Part shown: one piece after another, positions 1-13,500 of the stretch
Position numbering within the stretch: position 1 is the stretch's first letter
How the letters are laid out: the number at the start of each line of letters is the position of its first letter
Assembly (NCBI GenBank): GCA_963514005.1
Contig: OY740792.1
Span: forward strand, 27,466,001 to 27,530,000
DNA: 64,000 nucleotides
Direction: 5' to 3'
From: Raja brachyura
Lineage: Eukaryota
Translations under genes and position numbers: made by a program
The notes under the pieces: generated by a model
Told to the model about the DNA's origin: nothing
The model's database searches: none
Seen by the model: only the letters and a program-made list of their open reading frames with translations

Positions 1-1420
1 TGAAGAGGATTTAAATTGGATAACAACCGGTAGATCCTGCAGGCCTTGGGGACTGAGAGCATGTGTTCATCAAAATGGTCATGGAGTCTACGCTTGGTCT
101 CGCGAATGTACAGGAGGCCACATTGGACACGGCAAATGCTGTAGGTGAGGTTAGACGAGGTGCGCGTGAACATCTGTCTCACCTGGAAGGAATGCTGGGG
201 TTCCTGGATGGGGACGAGGGAGGTGTAGGGACAGGTGTTACATCTCATGATCTCCTGCAGTTGCAGCGGAAAGTGTCTGGGGCCGGAGTGGTTTTAGTGG
301 GAAGGGATGAGTGAACCAATGAGTTGCGGAGAGAGCAATCTCTGCAGAAGGCGGAAAAGAGTGGGGATGAGAAGATGTGACTGGTGGTGAGATCATATTG
401 GAGATGCATCTCATCTAATCCATCCGGTTTTCTCGATGTGGCCTCCTGTACATCAGTGAGTCCACAGTGAGAGTGAAGATGACCTCCTTCGACCTCCCTT
501 CAACTATGTTGAAGACTATCTATGACTACCTTCGACTCTTTCAATAACCTTCGACTACCATCGATTACCTACGAATAACATGCCAACCTACTACGACTAA
601 ACCTACGAGTAAAAAAAAAAATTTTTTTCCATGGCGACCTTTTTTTACTCGCGGGCATTTTTCAGCATGTTGAAAAATACGCCACGACCTAGCTGAGGCC
701 TCGAGTACGTGGGGATTACTCTCGAGCATGAAGGAGAGTTACAAAAACCTCCTAAGACCTCGTGTCGACCATGCTGCGAGTATGAGTCGAGGGCAAACTC
801 TTCTAAACTCGCCAAATAGGTTGCTGCAATGGGACAGCCCCTTCACACTCTATCTGCCAAGTCCTGCAGGATCTTCCGGTTGCTATCCATTTAAACTCCT
901 CTTCCCGTTCCCATACTGACCTTGCTGTCCTGAGCCTCCTCCATTGCCCGTGTAGACACATGCAAACTTTAGGAACAGCACCTCATATTTTGTTTGGGTA
1001 GTTTACAACCCAACTGCATGAACATTAAATTCTCCAATTTTAGGTAACTACCTTAACTCTCCTGCTCTCCTCCCTCTTTTGTCCCCCTCTCCTCCCCTCA
1101 AGGCTCCATATGGACCATTCATCTGTTTCTCTCCTCCCAGCTACATTGCTACCTCTAGCTTCACAATTTGCACCTCTTCAATCCTTTTGTCAAAAACTTT
1201 GTTATTTCATCCCTAGTTTTTGCCAATAATCTGCCGATCAATTAACCTTCCTCACCTGCGTCAGCCTATTACCCAGCATGTTTTGTACTGCCCCTCCCTC
1301 TCTTTTAGGTTTCTTTCCACCACCCCTACAATCAGTCTGCAGAAGGGCCCCGGACCTGAAATATCACCTTTCCATGTTCTCCTAAGATGCTGCCTGACCT
1401 GCTGATTTACTCCAACATCT
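1..1420. mobile_element. Penelope-like retroelement remnant in inverted arrangement (about 1-410 minus; about 411-1420 plus), interrupted by a MITE fragment
   Basis: 1-60 is a near reverse complement of about 845-905. The plus arm resembles the GIY-YIG tail at 57572-57890 and ends in a decayed CTGCAGAAGGG..GAAAT core plus the GATGCTGCCTGACCTGCTGA terminal repeat (about 1337-1415). Confidence 0.65.
470..843. mobile_element. Truncated Harbinger-like MITE (one TIR retained)
   Basis: Ends in ..CAATGGGACAGCCCCTT. The internal sequence (GACCTCGTG..GACCATGCTGCGAGTATGAGTC..GGGCAAACTC) matches the MITE at 13501-13716. Confidence 0.6.
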
Positions 1421-1630
1421 TCCCAGGTTCTTTAGCCTCTCTAGCCTGCAGGATATCCTTTGAGGAAAGCTAACACATCCCAAATTTATTTTTGTCTTCT
1501 GCGTCCAAAAAGGGTTTGCAATTGGATGTGGTGGTAAAAATATTGACAAAGCACACCCAGTGTCTCTATCTACAAAGCACCAGGATTAGTTTCCTAGTAT
1601 GTGATAGAGAAAGATTGGTATTTATGCTTA

Positions 1631-2104
1631 AGGGCCTGTCACACTAGCGCGCGATTAGACGCGATAAGCGCGACAAATTCGGACGCGGGGGTCGCGTGGG
1701 GGTCAGGCGATCCCGGTGCGAGTGAAGGGCCTGTCACACTAGCGCGCGATTACACGCGCGACGTCCGAAGGAAGGACGTTATTTTTCATCACGCGACGAT
1801 GCGCATGAGCATGCGCGTTGCACGACGTCGGGCAGTGACGTCATCACGCAACGCCACGCTGAAGACGCACAACGTCAAAACGTCATCACGTTCCGCGCGA
1901 CAGGATTTTGCCGCGCGTAATTTTTAAGCAGTGTCGGTTTTTGGACACTACGCGCGATGTCGACACCAGCTCCACACGAGTCCGCGGAACTCCACCAGAC
2001 TCCGGCGATCGCAGTGGGACAGGGTCACGCGAGGCCGGACGACTAAAGCGACCACGGTAGGTCGCGCTTATCGCGTCTAATCGCGCGCTAGTGTGACAGG
2101 CCCT
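1631..2104. mobile_element. Non-autonomous PIF/Harbinger-like MITE
   Basis: Perfect 44-bp TIRs (1631-1674 and 2061-2104, AGGGCCTGTCACACTAGCGCGCG..), TTA on both flanks (3-bp TWA duplication typical of Harbinger), very CpG-rich interior. Confidence 0.85.
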
Positions 2105-2518
2105 TTACACAACCAGCAGGCTAGGTGTGACTGGTGGGATGGCTGTAGCTTTTACTGAATGAAATAAAGAAACTCTACATCTACATGGAACCTTGCACAA
2201 ACTGGAGGCAGAGCAACCCAATTAAATATTTTTGTATTTATTTTGTACTTTCAATTTGTACACACCAACCTCCTACAAACTGCAAATGTGATAACACTGG
2301 TTCATTGTCCAGATTCATGGGGACACCATCCTCTTCTTTGAAATACTGCCATACAATCTTTTACTTCCACCAGAGTAAATAAGCTGTGTCTTGATTTAAC
2401 ATCCCATTCACAGTGCTGAGAGTTGTAGACTTGAACTCAGTATTGAAGGTTCTGGTTGGAATCAACAACCTGCTTCTCATGCAGTCATTCGGGATCAATG
2501 ATAGTTTGCAACAACCAC

Positions 2519-2620
2519 TCATATCCTATGGGTTCTGAGGTGGCTGACGAGGCCATTGTGGGAACTGCAAATTCTTCCACAGATGGGGCAGGTGGGCGAG
2601 TAATGGGTAGCCGGTGTTGT
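2519..2620 (-). mobile_element. RTE-type LINE 3' remnant
   Basis: Translates as CPICGRICSSHNGLVSHLRTH*, the C-terminal C2H2-like motif typical of RTE-clade ORFs. Confidence 0.5.
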
Positions 2621-3099
2621 GCTGCCTCTGCTGTATACACAGGGCTTTGGGGTGCTCCTGATGCATAGATGCAAGGGACCCAACAATGCCAAATGTTCAT
2701 ATTCTGCCAATATCTCCTGCCAGCGAGGAAACAGTGAAAATGGAAAACAGTGAAAAAATATTTACCCCAGACAGAATGCTTTAAAGTGCAGTACAATATG
2801 CATCATATTAACACTGCATATAGCAGACTGGGCAATCAGCTAATCCAGATGGTTAAAATACAGAAATGATTCCAAAGGTAGAGGCAGAGGAACTGCTTCC
2901 TCTAGTGCAGGAGTTACTGATGAGTTGGCACAATCTTAAATGAAGATAGCTAAAAGGAGGAAAATTAGGAAATATTCTCCCAGAGATAGTGGAAGTGTGA
3001 AACTCTCCGATCCAAAAAGCCTCATGCACTGAAAATCAATTCATCTTTGCTGGGGGGATGTTTCCAGTCTACTGTTGCCAGTTCTGTGTTGCAATATTG

Positions 3100-3770
3100 A
3101 AATTAGCCCTTCCCCCCCAATCATGATATTAACTCTCAGATCATCCTTATTTTTTTCCATAACCAACTGGAAATTTATGGTCACCATCTCCAAAATGTTC
3201 TCCCACTGACACTCCAACCACTTGCCCAGCTACATTCCCTAGAATTAGCTCCACTAATGCTCCCATTATCGGTCCAAAAAACTCTCCTGAATGTACTTTC
3301 AAAATTCCACCCCCTCCATGTCTTTCCATACTAAAACCACCCTAGTTAATATTGGCGAAGTCGAAAGCCTCTGTTCCTACAATCTTATTCCACCTGACGT
3401 AATATACATACCCGCTCCACTATTTCCTCCTGCTAGACGGCCTATAGTGCGCACCCTGGCAAAGTGATCACGGCTTTTTGTTTTCAAGCTCTAGTTTTTA
3501 GCCTAACTTAAAGAGCCTTCTCAGATATCTTCTCTCATTGCCATAGTAATGAACTCCTTAATTAATATTACAATTCCACCTTCTCATAAACATACCTCTG
3601 TTTTGAATGAAGATTCTATACTCTGGTGCTTTAACTTACCAGTTCTGCCTCCATTTCAATCAGGTCTCTGTGATGGTAATAATATAAAATTTCCATGTAT
3701 TGATGAACACACTAAGTTCATCCACTTTACTCCTTGTATTAAAATAGATGCTATTTAGCCCATGACATCA
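3100..3770 (-). mobile_element. Old CR1 endonuclease-domain remnant
   Basis: ELILGNVAGQVVGVSVGEHFGDGDH resembles the APE 'LD..L.N...V..V..H.G.SDH' motif in the ORF at 60161-62725. Confidence 0.55.
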
Positions 3771-6324
3771 GAGCTTACCCAAAGGTCACAATCTATTCTC
3801 TCATCTGCAACACCAAAGTTGTGTTGGAGGGCCTATTCCCTCTTTTTACCTATGTCGTTTGTTTACCAATGTGGACCACAGCCTCTGATCGTCCTCTCCA
3901 TTTAGAATGTCCTACAACCATTCTTGACTGGCATCAGGAAGGCAAAATGCCATCATGGATTAACAACTAATGCAGAAGCACATCTATAACCCCACTATTG
4001 ATTCTCCTAACACTATTGGAGATTTGCATCTTTCCTCCAATAATGCTGTGATCTTAGTTCTGGCTCAATTCCTCTGAGATTTTCACCTCCACCTTTTCCA
4101 GAGAAATCTTTGGAGCAAGATGCACTCAAACGTTTTCCTGGCGATTTGCCTGCTTTCCTTCCTTTGTCTGGTGGTCACACATTCGTTCCCTGACCCACTG
4201 TAAGTTGCAAGGTAACAACTTGTAAAAACCTGCTATCCAGGTAACATTACCACAGTTCCTGCAGCCAACACTAAGGATCAGAAACCTGGTGCTCATGCTG
4301 GAGACACCAGCCACAGATAGTCAACCAGACCATAGAGGGCATCCCAGGATTTTCCCATACAGGCAGCAATAAAACATCCAGGACTGAGCTCACTTGCCAC
4401 ACTTTTAATTTTGAGAGCACCCCTTCAATCTGTTCCTACACTTTATATGAAGAATAAAACAATGAACATACTGACTCACCACCTACCCTACCTTGCTGGC
4501 TGGCACCAACATCACACTGCGCAACCAAAGGCCAGTATTGTGACAATGTGACAGACAATCCCCACCAAGGCCTCACACTCTCTGAGATCTGCTGTGAAAA
4601 ATAAGTGTGTCTTCCTTTATATCGCCTTGGCCCAATCAGCTGAAATTAATTAATTGACCTCTATTACAAAGGTCACAAGTTCACTTACCAAGGAGTTGGG
4701 AGGTTCTCATTCAAGATACTTTGTTCACCCTGGTCACCCCAAACAGCAAGGTTCAATTAAAGAAAACAGTTTGTAAAGATTTAAGTGGAAAAATTAATAG
4801 CTTTGACTATTAGGATAAATGTAACATCATGATATGCACACATCAAACCCATCTTCCAAGATCCACTTAGAAGAAACTTGTCATGTGTCTCTGCCTCCCT
4901 TTTTGTACCCGCAAACAATATTGGTCCAATCCACTGAAACGTTAACTCTTTCTCTTCCCACAGAAGCAGTCACACCTGTTGAGTATTTTAATTTGGTTTT
5001 ATTTTAAAATAGACCCAAACGCGCACTCTGTGACTACTGGACTCCAGCATTGGACTCCACTGTGATAGACCATTTTCAGAAGGTAATGGTCGTGTACCTT
5101 TTTGAACTGCTTCACTCCTTTTGGTGAAGACTGTCCCAAAGTGCTATTGGTTGGTACCTTCCAAGATTTATACACATTGACAACAAAGAATATCATTGTG
5201 ACTTGTCACATATGACAATAACCTATCACTCATTCATTCATAAAGAAGCGTCTATACTTTTCAAAATCAGGATGGTGCATGACTTGGAGGGAAATCTGCG
5301 GGTGATGGTGTACCATAAACCTACAGCCTTTGCTGGCGGTCACAGGTTTGGGAGGTGGTGTCGGAGTAGCCTGGGCTAGTCCTGGATGGTGCTGTGCAAG
5401 CGGCAGATGCCACAGTGGATTAGATGAATGTCCTGATCTTTCTTCCTGTCTACAAAAGATGACATAACGATGATATAGGTGGCTCGATTTGGGCTCCACC
5501 ATGAGACTCTATGAAGTATCTCCACCAACCAAAGTCCAGGTCACACACATAGATTCGAGGGTTGGAACTTTTTCACTGTTGGACAATTCAGGAGCAGCAA
5601 CAGAATGAAAAAAGGATGTATCAAACATGTTAAAATTTCCACATACCTTATCATCATTTTCCTCATACTTCATCCAAACATCTCCTTTCTTACTGGTATC
5701 ATGTTCACTATCCCCTGGTTACTTGTTTTCCCTCTCCCAACTTTCTTGAAAATGTTACACTAGATTTGTTCTTTTCATACTGCGGGTTATTTGAAAATCT
5801 ACAGAATTCTGGAAGATCGAACCTTATGCATCTGGTGAGCCCACATTACACGTCGAGTACCCAGTTGGCTTTAGTCTCCAGTACCACTTTACCACTGATA
5901 GTAATTTTTTCTTTGGTTCCTCGACTTCACTGTACTCTCAGTCCCTTGCTCTTTCCTGAATGATGTCCATGCTTTCTCCTGCCAAGAAACACACAAATTA
6001 TTTGTCAAGTATCTCTGCGGTTTTCTTATCCGTTCCTTCACTCAGTGCTGAGTGAAGCCATGATATCATCGCAATGTTTGCATCTCATCAATGTATCTAT
6101 CACAGCAGAGAGTTGGTCAGCCAGGGTGAGAGGAAGCAGCATTGAGGATGGCACATGTTTATGTCACATCACAACGGAAAACTACTTGTAGTTGCGCAGG
6201 ACCACACAGGGAGCCGGCACTTCCACTGAACCCACCCACAAGATGTGGTGGAAGGTACGACTTACATATGCAACCAAGCACCTGGCTGTTTCCTTCAGAG
6301 TCAGGGGGCAAATGGACACATTGT

Positions 6325-6615
6325 TTTAGGTCTAGAGATGCAGCGTAGAAACAGGCTCTTTGACCCATCAGTGACCAGCGATCAGCCGTATACTAATTCT
6401 GTCCTACACACGAGGGACAATTTACAGAAGCCAGTTAACCTACAAACCTACACATCTTTGGGATGTTGGGGGAAACCGGATCACCCGGAGAAAACCCACG
6501 TAGTCACAGGGAGAACGTACAAACTTCATACTGACAACACTTGTGGTCAGGATCATACTTGGGTCTCTGGCACTGTAAGGCAGCAACTCTACCGCCGCCT
6601 CACTGTGCCAGCCCG
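6325..6615 (-). mobile_element. tRNA-derived HE1/V-type SINE
   Basis: Reverse complement of the SINE at 48318-48590 (V-domain core GGAGAAAACCCACG..GGGAGAACGTACAAACT, CR1-like tail). Confidence 0.7.
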
Positions 6616-8385
6616 ATAGAAAAAGGAGGATATAGAAGACTCCAACCACCCCCTACACAAGTTGGTGGTTAATGGTAAAATGGGGCTCTGCGTGAATACC
6701 AGAGACATACCACTGTGGTGAATGGCAGACTGTGCTACACTGTAGAGGTCTGCCCACTGCTCAAGGAGGAGATGTGCAGGGTTCCACATAATGACCAATT
6801 AGCCAGCTGTTGATTTGCTGAATCAAACAACAGAAAGATTGGTCCACATTCGTTGTTAATCTCTTCCTATTTAAATAACAAAATAAATGTTTACATTGTG
6901 TTTTTATGACTAATACATGTTTATTCTCATGGTCGATTTTCTTGTTTTTAATCAATTTGTCAATCATACTTATACACTCAGTAATCACCACAATCCTTGG
7001 TGTAACCTTTTCAACGACATTTATTATCTCCTTTGATCTATGATGCACCTGATACTTTACTTGCCATGGCCTCATCCATTTCCCAGAGGATCTTTATTTC
7101 TGAGGGGAATGTACACTTTTTGAAGATTACAGATTCCTTTCATATCTGGAGGCGCATACGCAGATTAGGTTAGGGTTAGAGTTAGATGAAAAGATAGAAT
7201 GGCAGATAAGGAAAGGCAAACATTTTTTCTTAAATCCTTTTCTATAAAAAAATGTAAGGAATAAAAATCCTGTGGGAAACAAGAGGATACAACTGTGATT
7301 AGTGAAATATTAGGTATTACTATTACTAGAGTGAATGAGGATGGTCATAACGTTTTGGAAAGGAATCATCATGCTGAGGATTTAAAAATTCATCCCAGAA
7401 CTTCCATTGTTCTATTGCAAGGCTCTAATTTTGAACAACTAAGGTAACCCTCGAAATTCTATCACGCTATGATCACTTCTAACAATGTTATTAATTGACC
7501 CTGTTTCATATACATAACGATTAAAAAAGACCGATTTCATATTTAACCTCACAGTATCGCAGAGCGCCAAAAGGCCTGTTTCCACACCATATCTCTAATC
7601 TACTGATTTTGAAAACTACCTTGAATGAATGCCTTCTTGTGAGCACTTGCCACAACATTTTTGAAAATTTGGTTTGTTTGCTGATAGGAAAATTAAGCAC
7701 CCTGCAATTACTGTATAACGCTTATTATGTTTCCCTGGTTTCCTAATAAACGCACTGCCCAACGTTACAACTACCATCAGGAAACCCATAAATTACTCCT
7801 ACCAGTGTTTTCTAGCTGCACCTAGAACAAGACCTTTTCTTCCTTGTCTACATTTCCATCCCCCCCATTCCCGAGGTCCTGCATAATCGCCTCTCAACTG
7901 ATCTTGTGATGGAGTTGGGAAGGGTAGCAGCAAGAACCCCTGCTAAAATTCTCCTCCGTTCATGCTGGCTCAGCTAACCATCATTGCTGGGATTCTTCTA
8001 TGCATGTGTCAGCTGCTCTCTGCCAGAGCAATCGTGTGGATGAGTGAGTCAGATGAGGTCAGGTTATGAGTAAGCAGAACTGGTAATGGGACTACAAACG
8101 TCACAATGATTTCTGAGGAGCATCAGAACCTCTGGAAGATGGAGGAAGAAATGCAAGTGACTTTCTGCACCCAACTAGAATATTCAGGATTAATTAAGTT
8201 ATGGAAATCATCGACAGACTATGACAATGGATTATCATTTTGAGAGGTTAAAGCAACATGGCATTATAAATGTCTGCTCAAACCACACCATGGTTTTCAG
8301 GTGCTTCCCAGGGGGGCATTGGAAACCTGCCTTTGATCTCATTGACAAATTCAGGTCAGACCTCTGCAGGGCAGCTCACCTGTAT

Positions 8386-8478
8386 CTGAAGAAGGGTCTC
8401 GACCCGAAACGTCACCCATTCCTTCTCTCCAGTGATGCTGCCTGTCCGGCTGAGTTACTCCAGCATTCTGTGTCTATC
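8386..8478 (+). mobile_element. Short Penelope-derived repeat with minimal hammerhead core (8386-8413)
   Basis: CTGAAGA-AGGGTCTCGACCC-GAAA-CGTC followed by the family body CCCATTCCTTCTCTCCAG..GAGTTACTCCAGCATT..GTGTCTATC. Confidence 0.7.
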
Positions 8479-9802
8479 ATCTGTAACACCATCAGCTGTC
8501 AAGTAAGTCCTGGGTGCAGGATACTGGAGTAGCTACAGAGGGGATGGATAATGATCTCTGTGGGACTCAGCCTGAGAAACTTGAACTGAAAACCCCTGCC
8601 TCTGAGGCATTAATTTTCACCAGATTCCCTGTTTTTAACCCACATTTGAAAAGGTCTGAGACAAGGACAACAAGGACAACATAACGTTTTATTATTTGGA
8701 TCAACCCCACTGCAAAATTGGTCTGGTTTGTAATCCACATCATATTCGGGCATCAGTCTGTATTCATGCTACTCCAGAGTCACCTCTAGTGGATGAGAGT
8801 GGAACAACGTATGCATGGAACAGGAAACTAGTTGCTCGCTGCTTGGATTGTGGGGGCATCACGTTAGTCACCAGCCCAGGTGGTTCCACCTCAAGACCTC
8901 CAACTCCAAGCTGTCGTGCTCAATTAAATAACCAACTGAATTATATGTTTCAAGTTAATAAACAAACCCGGCCAAAGAAACATTATTCCAAAAAAAACGT
9001 TGGCTTTCTTCATGAGGGAAAATGATATTTAAATACATTACCCTCTCCAATTAATTTGGTTTAATGCAACGCCGACTGTGCTCCTGAGTCTGTTTCTCTC
9101 TCGTCACCTGACCCATTGAGTCTTTTTCAGAAGAATTACATCTTTATTTTCCCCTGCTGCCTTCTGCCTGCAAATGTTTACCCGGCTTCTCCACAAACAC
9201 ACAATACGGGGATCATGTCCATTGCCCCCATCCCCTATTGGGTTTAGTCCTAACTACTTGCAGCTATGATTCGGGCTTTTACTCTCCACTCTTTCCACAC
9301 CTGCCCCTTCAAATCCCTTCTTACGTTTGATAACAAACAAAATAGCCACAGTTTATCAAGCACATTTTGTCAGCACTGTCCAATCCAACAATTGAATTGA
9401 ATACTTTTATTGTTAACTGTGACAAGTCACAGTAAAATTATTTGAAATTTAATTTAGTGAAAGTCACCACATAAAGGCCGCTGACAAAGTTACAAAGTAT
9501 CCTGCACTGGATACACCCACTGTAAGTTCTCCCCACCAGTCCTCCATTGTTCTCCCTCCCCCCCCCCCCCCCTTCTCACGGCAGTCCCCCCTCGCTGGGT
9601 CCTCCTTTGTTCCCTGCGGCACATTCTCAGAGTCCCACGTGGCCCGCCCTCGACCACCAGCCAACAGATCACAAGGTCTCAGGTGTTCTGGTCTGAACAG
9701 GTAAATCAACCTTTCCTTCAGGCTGCCTCATTGGTGCAGATACTGCACAAGGTGTGGGAATTGTGGAGCTTTGCTGTTTTTCACTGGAGCTTTCCAATCT
9801 CC

Positions 9803-10570
9803 TCAGCACTCCTCAGACCGGAATGCCGGGTTGTCCGTTCCACAGCTGGCCAGAGAATACTCAGAGAAACTGCGGTTTTCCGTCAAAATGGTGGCCCCAG
9901 AGACCAGACTGTTTCTATCCCATGGGTCCAGGGCGGAAGGGTGGACCTTGTTGTTGGAAAAGAACGAAGGACTCTTGTAACTGAGCAACAGCAGACCAGC
10001 CAGGAGGAGCAGGCCAGAAGAGAAGATGGCCACGTAGATGCCTGCACCAACCTCCTGGGCCTGTGGGGAGCGAGGTAGGCCGAACCGCGGCGGGAAGGCG
10101 ATGGAGCGGTTGCCAGTCACGGAGCTGAGGTTCCAGCCGGCAGGGATGATGACGCAGACTCCGGCCAGCAGGTGGAAGCACCCTGCGGCCCACATGGCCA
10201 GCCCGGCCCGCCCTCTGCCCAGGTAGACGCTCCACAGGCCAGAGGCAGCCGCAGCCTTCCCCAGAGCACCGGCAACGACGGCTGCCCCCATCAGCGGCTG
10301 AGCAGCGGCGATCTCCCACGGCACAAAGGCCTCTCCTACGGCCATCGCCTGACAGGACATCAGGCGGAGTGGCGGGGACGCCAGCCGGTTGCTGCAGAGG
10401 CAAGCCCTCCAGATGCCCACCCAGGCCACGCCCGAGTCAACCTCCGCCGACCTCACGTGCCACACTCTCCACTGGACCAGCCCCATGGCAATGGCGGCTC
10501 CGATCCAGCCCACCGCTCCCAGCACAAACCCCACCAGCTGGATCGGGGCGCCGCTGGGCCGCTGACCCAT
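9803..10570 (-). CDS. CLDN34: Claudin-34 (single coding exon, 255 aa)
   Basis: Four hydrophobic segments, claudin ECL1 signature W..WVGIWRAC..C (W-GLW-C-C type), GC/CpG-rich open frame. It lies downstream of SHROOM2 on the same strand, as CLDN34 does in human. Confidence 0.88.
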   Translation of the reverse strand: MGQRPSGAPIQLVGFVLGAVGWIGAAIAMGLVQWRVWHVRSAEVDSGVAWVGIWRACLCSNRLASPPLRLMSCQAMAVGEAFVPWEIAAAQPLMGAAVVAGALGKAAAASGLWSVYLGRGRAGLAMWAAGCFHLLAGVCVIIPAGWNLSSVTGNRSIAFPPRFGLPRSPQAQEVGAGIYVAIFSSGLLLLAGLLLLSYKSPSFFSNNKVHPSALDPWDRNSLVSGATILTENRSFSEYSLASCGTDNPAFRSEEC

Positions 10571-11196
10571 GACCTTTGAGGTCAGTGGGCAGGGGAGGTG
10601 AGGGGGGTTCGTCGCCAGGGTCGTAGAGGCCTGGATTCACAACAACACGGCGACAGAGCGAGCAGGAGTGGTGATGCGGGTTCACTGCTGGAACAACCTG
10701 AGAAGTTACGGGCTGAATGCTAAGCTGCGGGTTGCCTGGAAACGCTACAAACAATTACCGCCCACCGCACAGAGCTTTGTTAATGTTGCCTCTCGTTTTC
10801 TCAAGCTGCTATTGGTGTTGCGGCCACACCCAAAACAATGAGTGGTGGCAAATTACAGGCTTTACCTCCATATCAAGCAATAGCCCAGACCATAGGTCTG
10901 GTGGAAGCAGGTTCAGACGGTGAGCTTGGATGGGGATGTCAACAACAGGTTAAGGACCATTTAACCATTGACAGGAACCACTGGCAGATGGAGGAGGTGA
11001 CTGGAGCTCCATTGGACGATTCCCTCTTTGAGGATGACGGGCTCTTCCTGTGCTCTGCCCTGCTATGATGGCTGGCCGGTCCCCTTCATGCCAAATTGTG
11101 CAGCCTATTTCAAACAGCTGATGGACCTGTAATGCTGGTGGGAGTCAGAGTTCCCTTCAGCTGTGCAGAGCAGCCTTTTCCCGACCAGATAGCATG

Positions 11197-13250
11197 ACAT
11201 AGAAACATAGAAACATATAAAATTGGTGTAGGAGTAGGCCATTCGGCCCTTCGAGCCTGCACCGCCATTCAATATGATCATGGCTGATCATCCACCTCAG
11301 TATCCTGTACCTGCCTTCTCCTCATACCCCTTGATCCCTTTAGCCACAAGGGCCACATTTAACTCCCTCTTAAATATAGCCAATGAACTAATGAACTGGC
11401 CTCAACTGCCTTCTGTGGCAGAGAATTCCAGAGACTCACCACTCTCTGTGTGAAAAATGTTTTTCTCATCTCGGTCCTAAAAAATTTCCCCTTTATCCTT
11501 AAACTGTGACCACTTGCTCTGGACTTCCCCAACATCGGGAACATCCAACATCTTCCTGCATCTAGACTGTCCAACCCCTTAAGAATTTTGTAAGTTTCTA
11601 TAAGATTCCCCCTCAATCTTCTAAATTCTTCTGAGTACAAGCCGAGTCTATCCAGTCTTTCTTCATATGAAAGTCCTGACATCCCAGGAATCAGTCTGGT
11701 GAACCTTCGCTGTACTCCCTCCATGGCAAGAATGTCTTTCCTCTGATTTGGAGAACAAAACTGTACGCAATACTCCAGGTGTGGTCTCACCAAGACCCTG
11801 TACAACTGCAGTAGGACCTCCCTGCTCCTATACTCAAATCCTTTTGCTATGAATGCTACCATACCATTCGTTTTTTGACTGCCTGCTGCACCTGCATGCC
11901 TACTTTCAATGACTGGTGTACCATGACACCCAGGTCCCGTTGTATCTCCCCTTTTCCTAATCGGCCACCATTCAGATAATAGTCTACTTTCCTGTTTTTG
12001 CCACCAAAGTGGATAACCTCACATTTATCCACATTATACTGCATCTGCCATGCATTTGCCCACTCACCCAGCCTATCCAAGTCAAATTACAGCCTCCTAG
12101 CATCCTCCTCACAGCTAACACTGCCCCCCAGTTTCGTGTCATCCGCAAACTTGGAGATGTTGCATTCAATTCCCTCGTTCAAATCATTAATATATATTGT
12201 AAATAGCTGGGGTCCCAGCACTGAGCCTTGCGGTACCCCACTAGTCACTGCCTGCCATTCTGAAAAGGACCCGTTTACTCCTACTCTTTGCTTCCTGTCT
12301 GCCAGCCAGTTCTCTACCCATATCAATACTGAACCGCCAATACCGTGTGCTTTAAGTTTGTATACTAATCTCTTATGTGGGATCTTGTTGAAAGCCTTCT
12401 GAAAGTCCAGATATAACACATCCACTGGTTCTCCCTTATCCACTCTACTAGTTATATCCTCGAAAAATTCTATAAGATTCGTCAGACATGATTTACCTTT
12501 CGTAAATCCATGCTGACTTTGTCCAATGATTTCACCACTTTCCAAATGTGCTGCTATCCCATCTTTAATAGCCGACTCTAGCAGTTTCCCCACTACCGAT
12601 ATTAGACTAACCGGTCTGTAATTCCCCGTTTTCTCTCTCCCTGCCTTTTAAAAAAGTGGGGTTACATTAGCTACCCTCCAATCCTCAGGAACAAGGTTTT
12701 GAAAAATTATCACTAATGCATCCACTATTTCTGGGGCTACTTCCTTATGTACTCTGGGATGCAGCCGATCGGCCTTTAATATCCATTCAATTTACCTAAC
12801 ACCACTTCCCGGCTAACCTGGATTTCACTCAGTTCCTCCATCTCATTTGACCCCCGGTCCCCTGTTATTTCCGGCAGATTATTGATGTCTTCCTTAGTGA
12901 AGACAGAACCAAAGTAGTTATTCAACTGGTCTGCTATGTCCTTGTTCCCCTTAATGATCAATTCACCTGTTTCTGACTGCAAGGGACCTGCATTTGTTTT
13001 AACTAATCTTTTTCTCTTCACATATCTATATAAACTTTTGCAGTCAGTTTTTATGTTCCCTACCAGTTTTCTTTTATAATCTATTTTCCCTTTCCTAATT
13101 AAGCCCTTTGTCCTCCTCTGCTGGACTCTGAATTTCTCCCAGTCCCCTGGTAGACTGCTTTTCTGGCTAATTTGTATGCTTTATCTTTTGTTTTGATACT
13201 ATCCCTGATTTCCCTTGTTTTCCACAGATGCACTACCTTCCCTGATTTAT
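11197..13250 (-). mobile_element. CR1 LINE, 5'-truncated and frameshifted
   Basis: RT fragments ([35 protein letters not shown]) and (CATAGAAA)n 3' tail at about 11197. Confidence 0.92.
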
Positions 13251-13292
13251 TCTGTTATGCACTACCTTCCCTGTTTTATTCTTTGACACAAC

Positions 13293-13405
13293 CGCAGAAG
13301 CTGGTTTAAACTGAAGATAGACACAAAAAGCTGGAGAAAAATACTATTCCTTTTCTTCAGAGACGCTGTCTGTCCTGCTGAGTTACTCCAGCTTTTGTGT
13401 CTATC
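13293..13405. mobile_element. Short Penelope-derived fold-back element with 10-bp TSD
   Basis: GATAGACACAAAAAGCTGGAG / CTCCAGCTTTTGTGTCTATC inverted arms; TTGACACAAC duplicated at 13283-13292 and 13406-13415. Confidence 0.6.
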
Positions 13406-13500
13406 TTGACACAACTCCATGCTTGGCTCTGGCTACATGATCCCAAAGGGTAGGGACAGGAGCAGTGAAACTGAAGCTGCTGCTCCCTGCCATTCCCTAA

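Noticed and set aside
480-610. CRISPR-like or regular repeat array (GACTAC/GACCTC repeats)
   Set aside because: Irregular short internal repeats of a MITE in a eukaryote; no constant repeat-spacer structure.
2519-2710. C2H2 zinc-finger gene
   Set aside because: Single isolated motif ending at a stop, as expected for an RTE LINE C-terminus.
1-9300. WWC3 first coding exon expected from synteny
   Set aside because: No WW-domain coding sequence found in the ORF track or by eye.
9683-10754. Several overlapping ORFs around CLDN34
   Set aside because: Shadow frames of a GC-rich coding exon.
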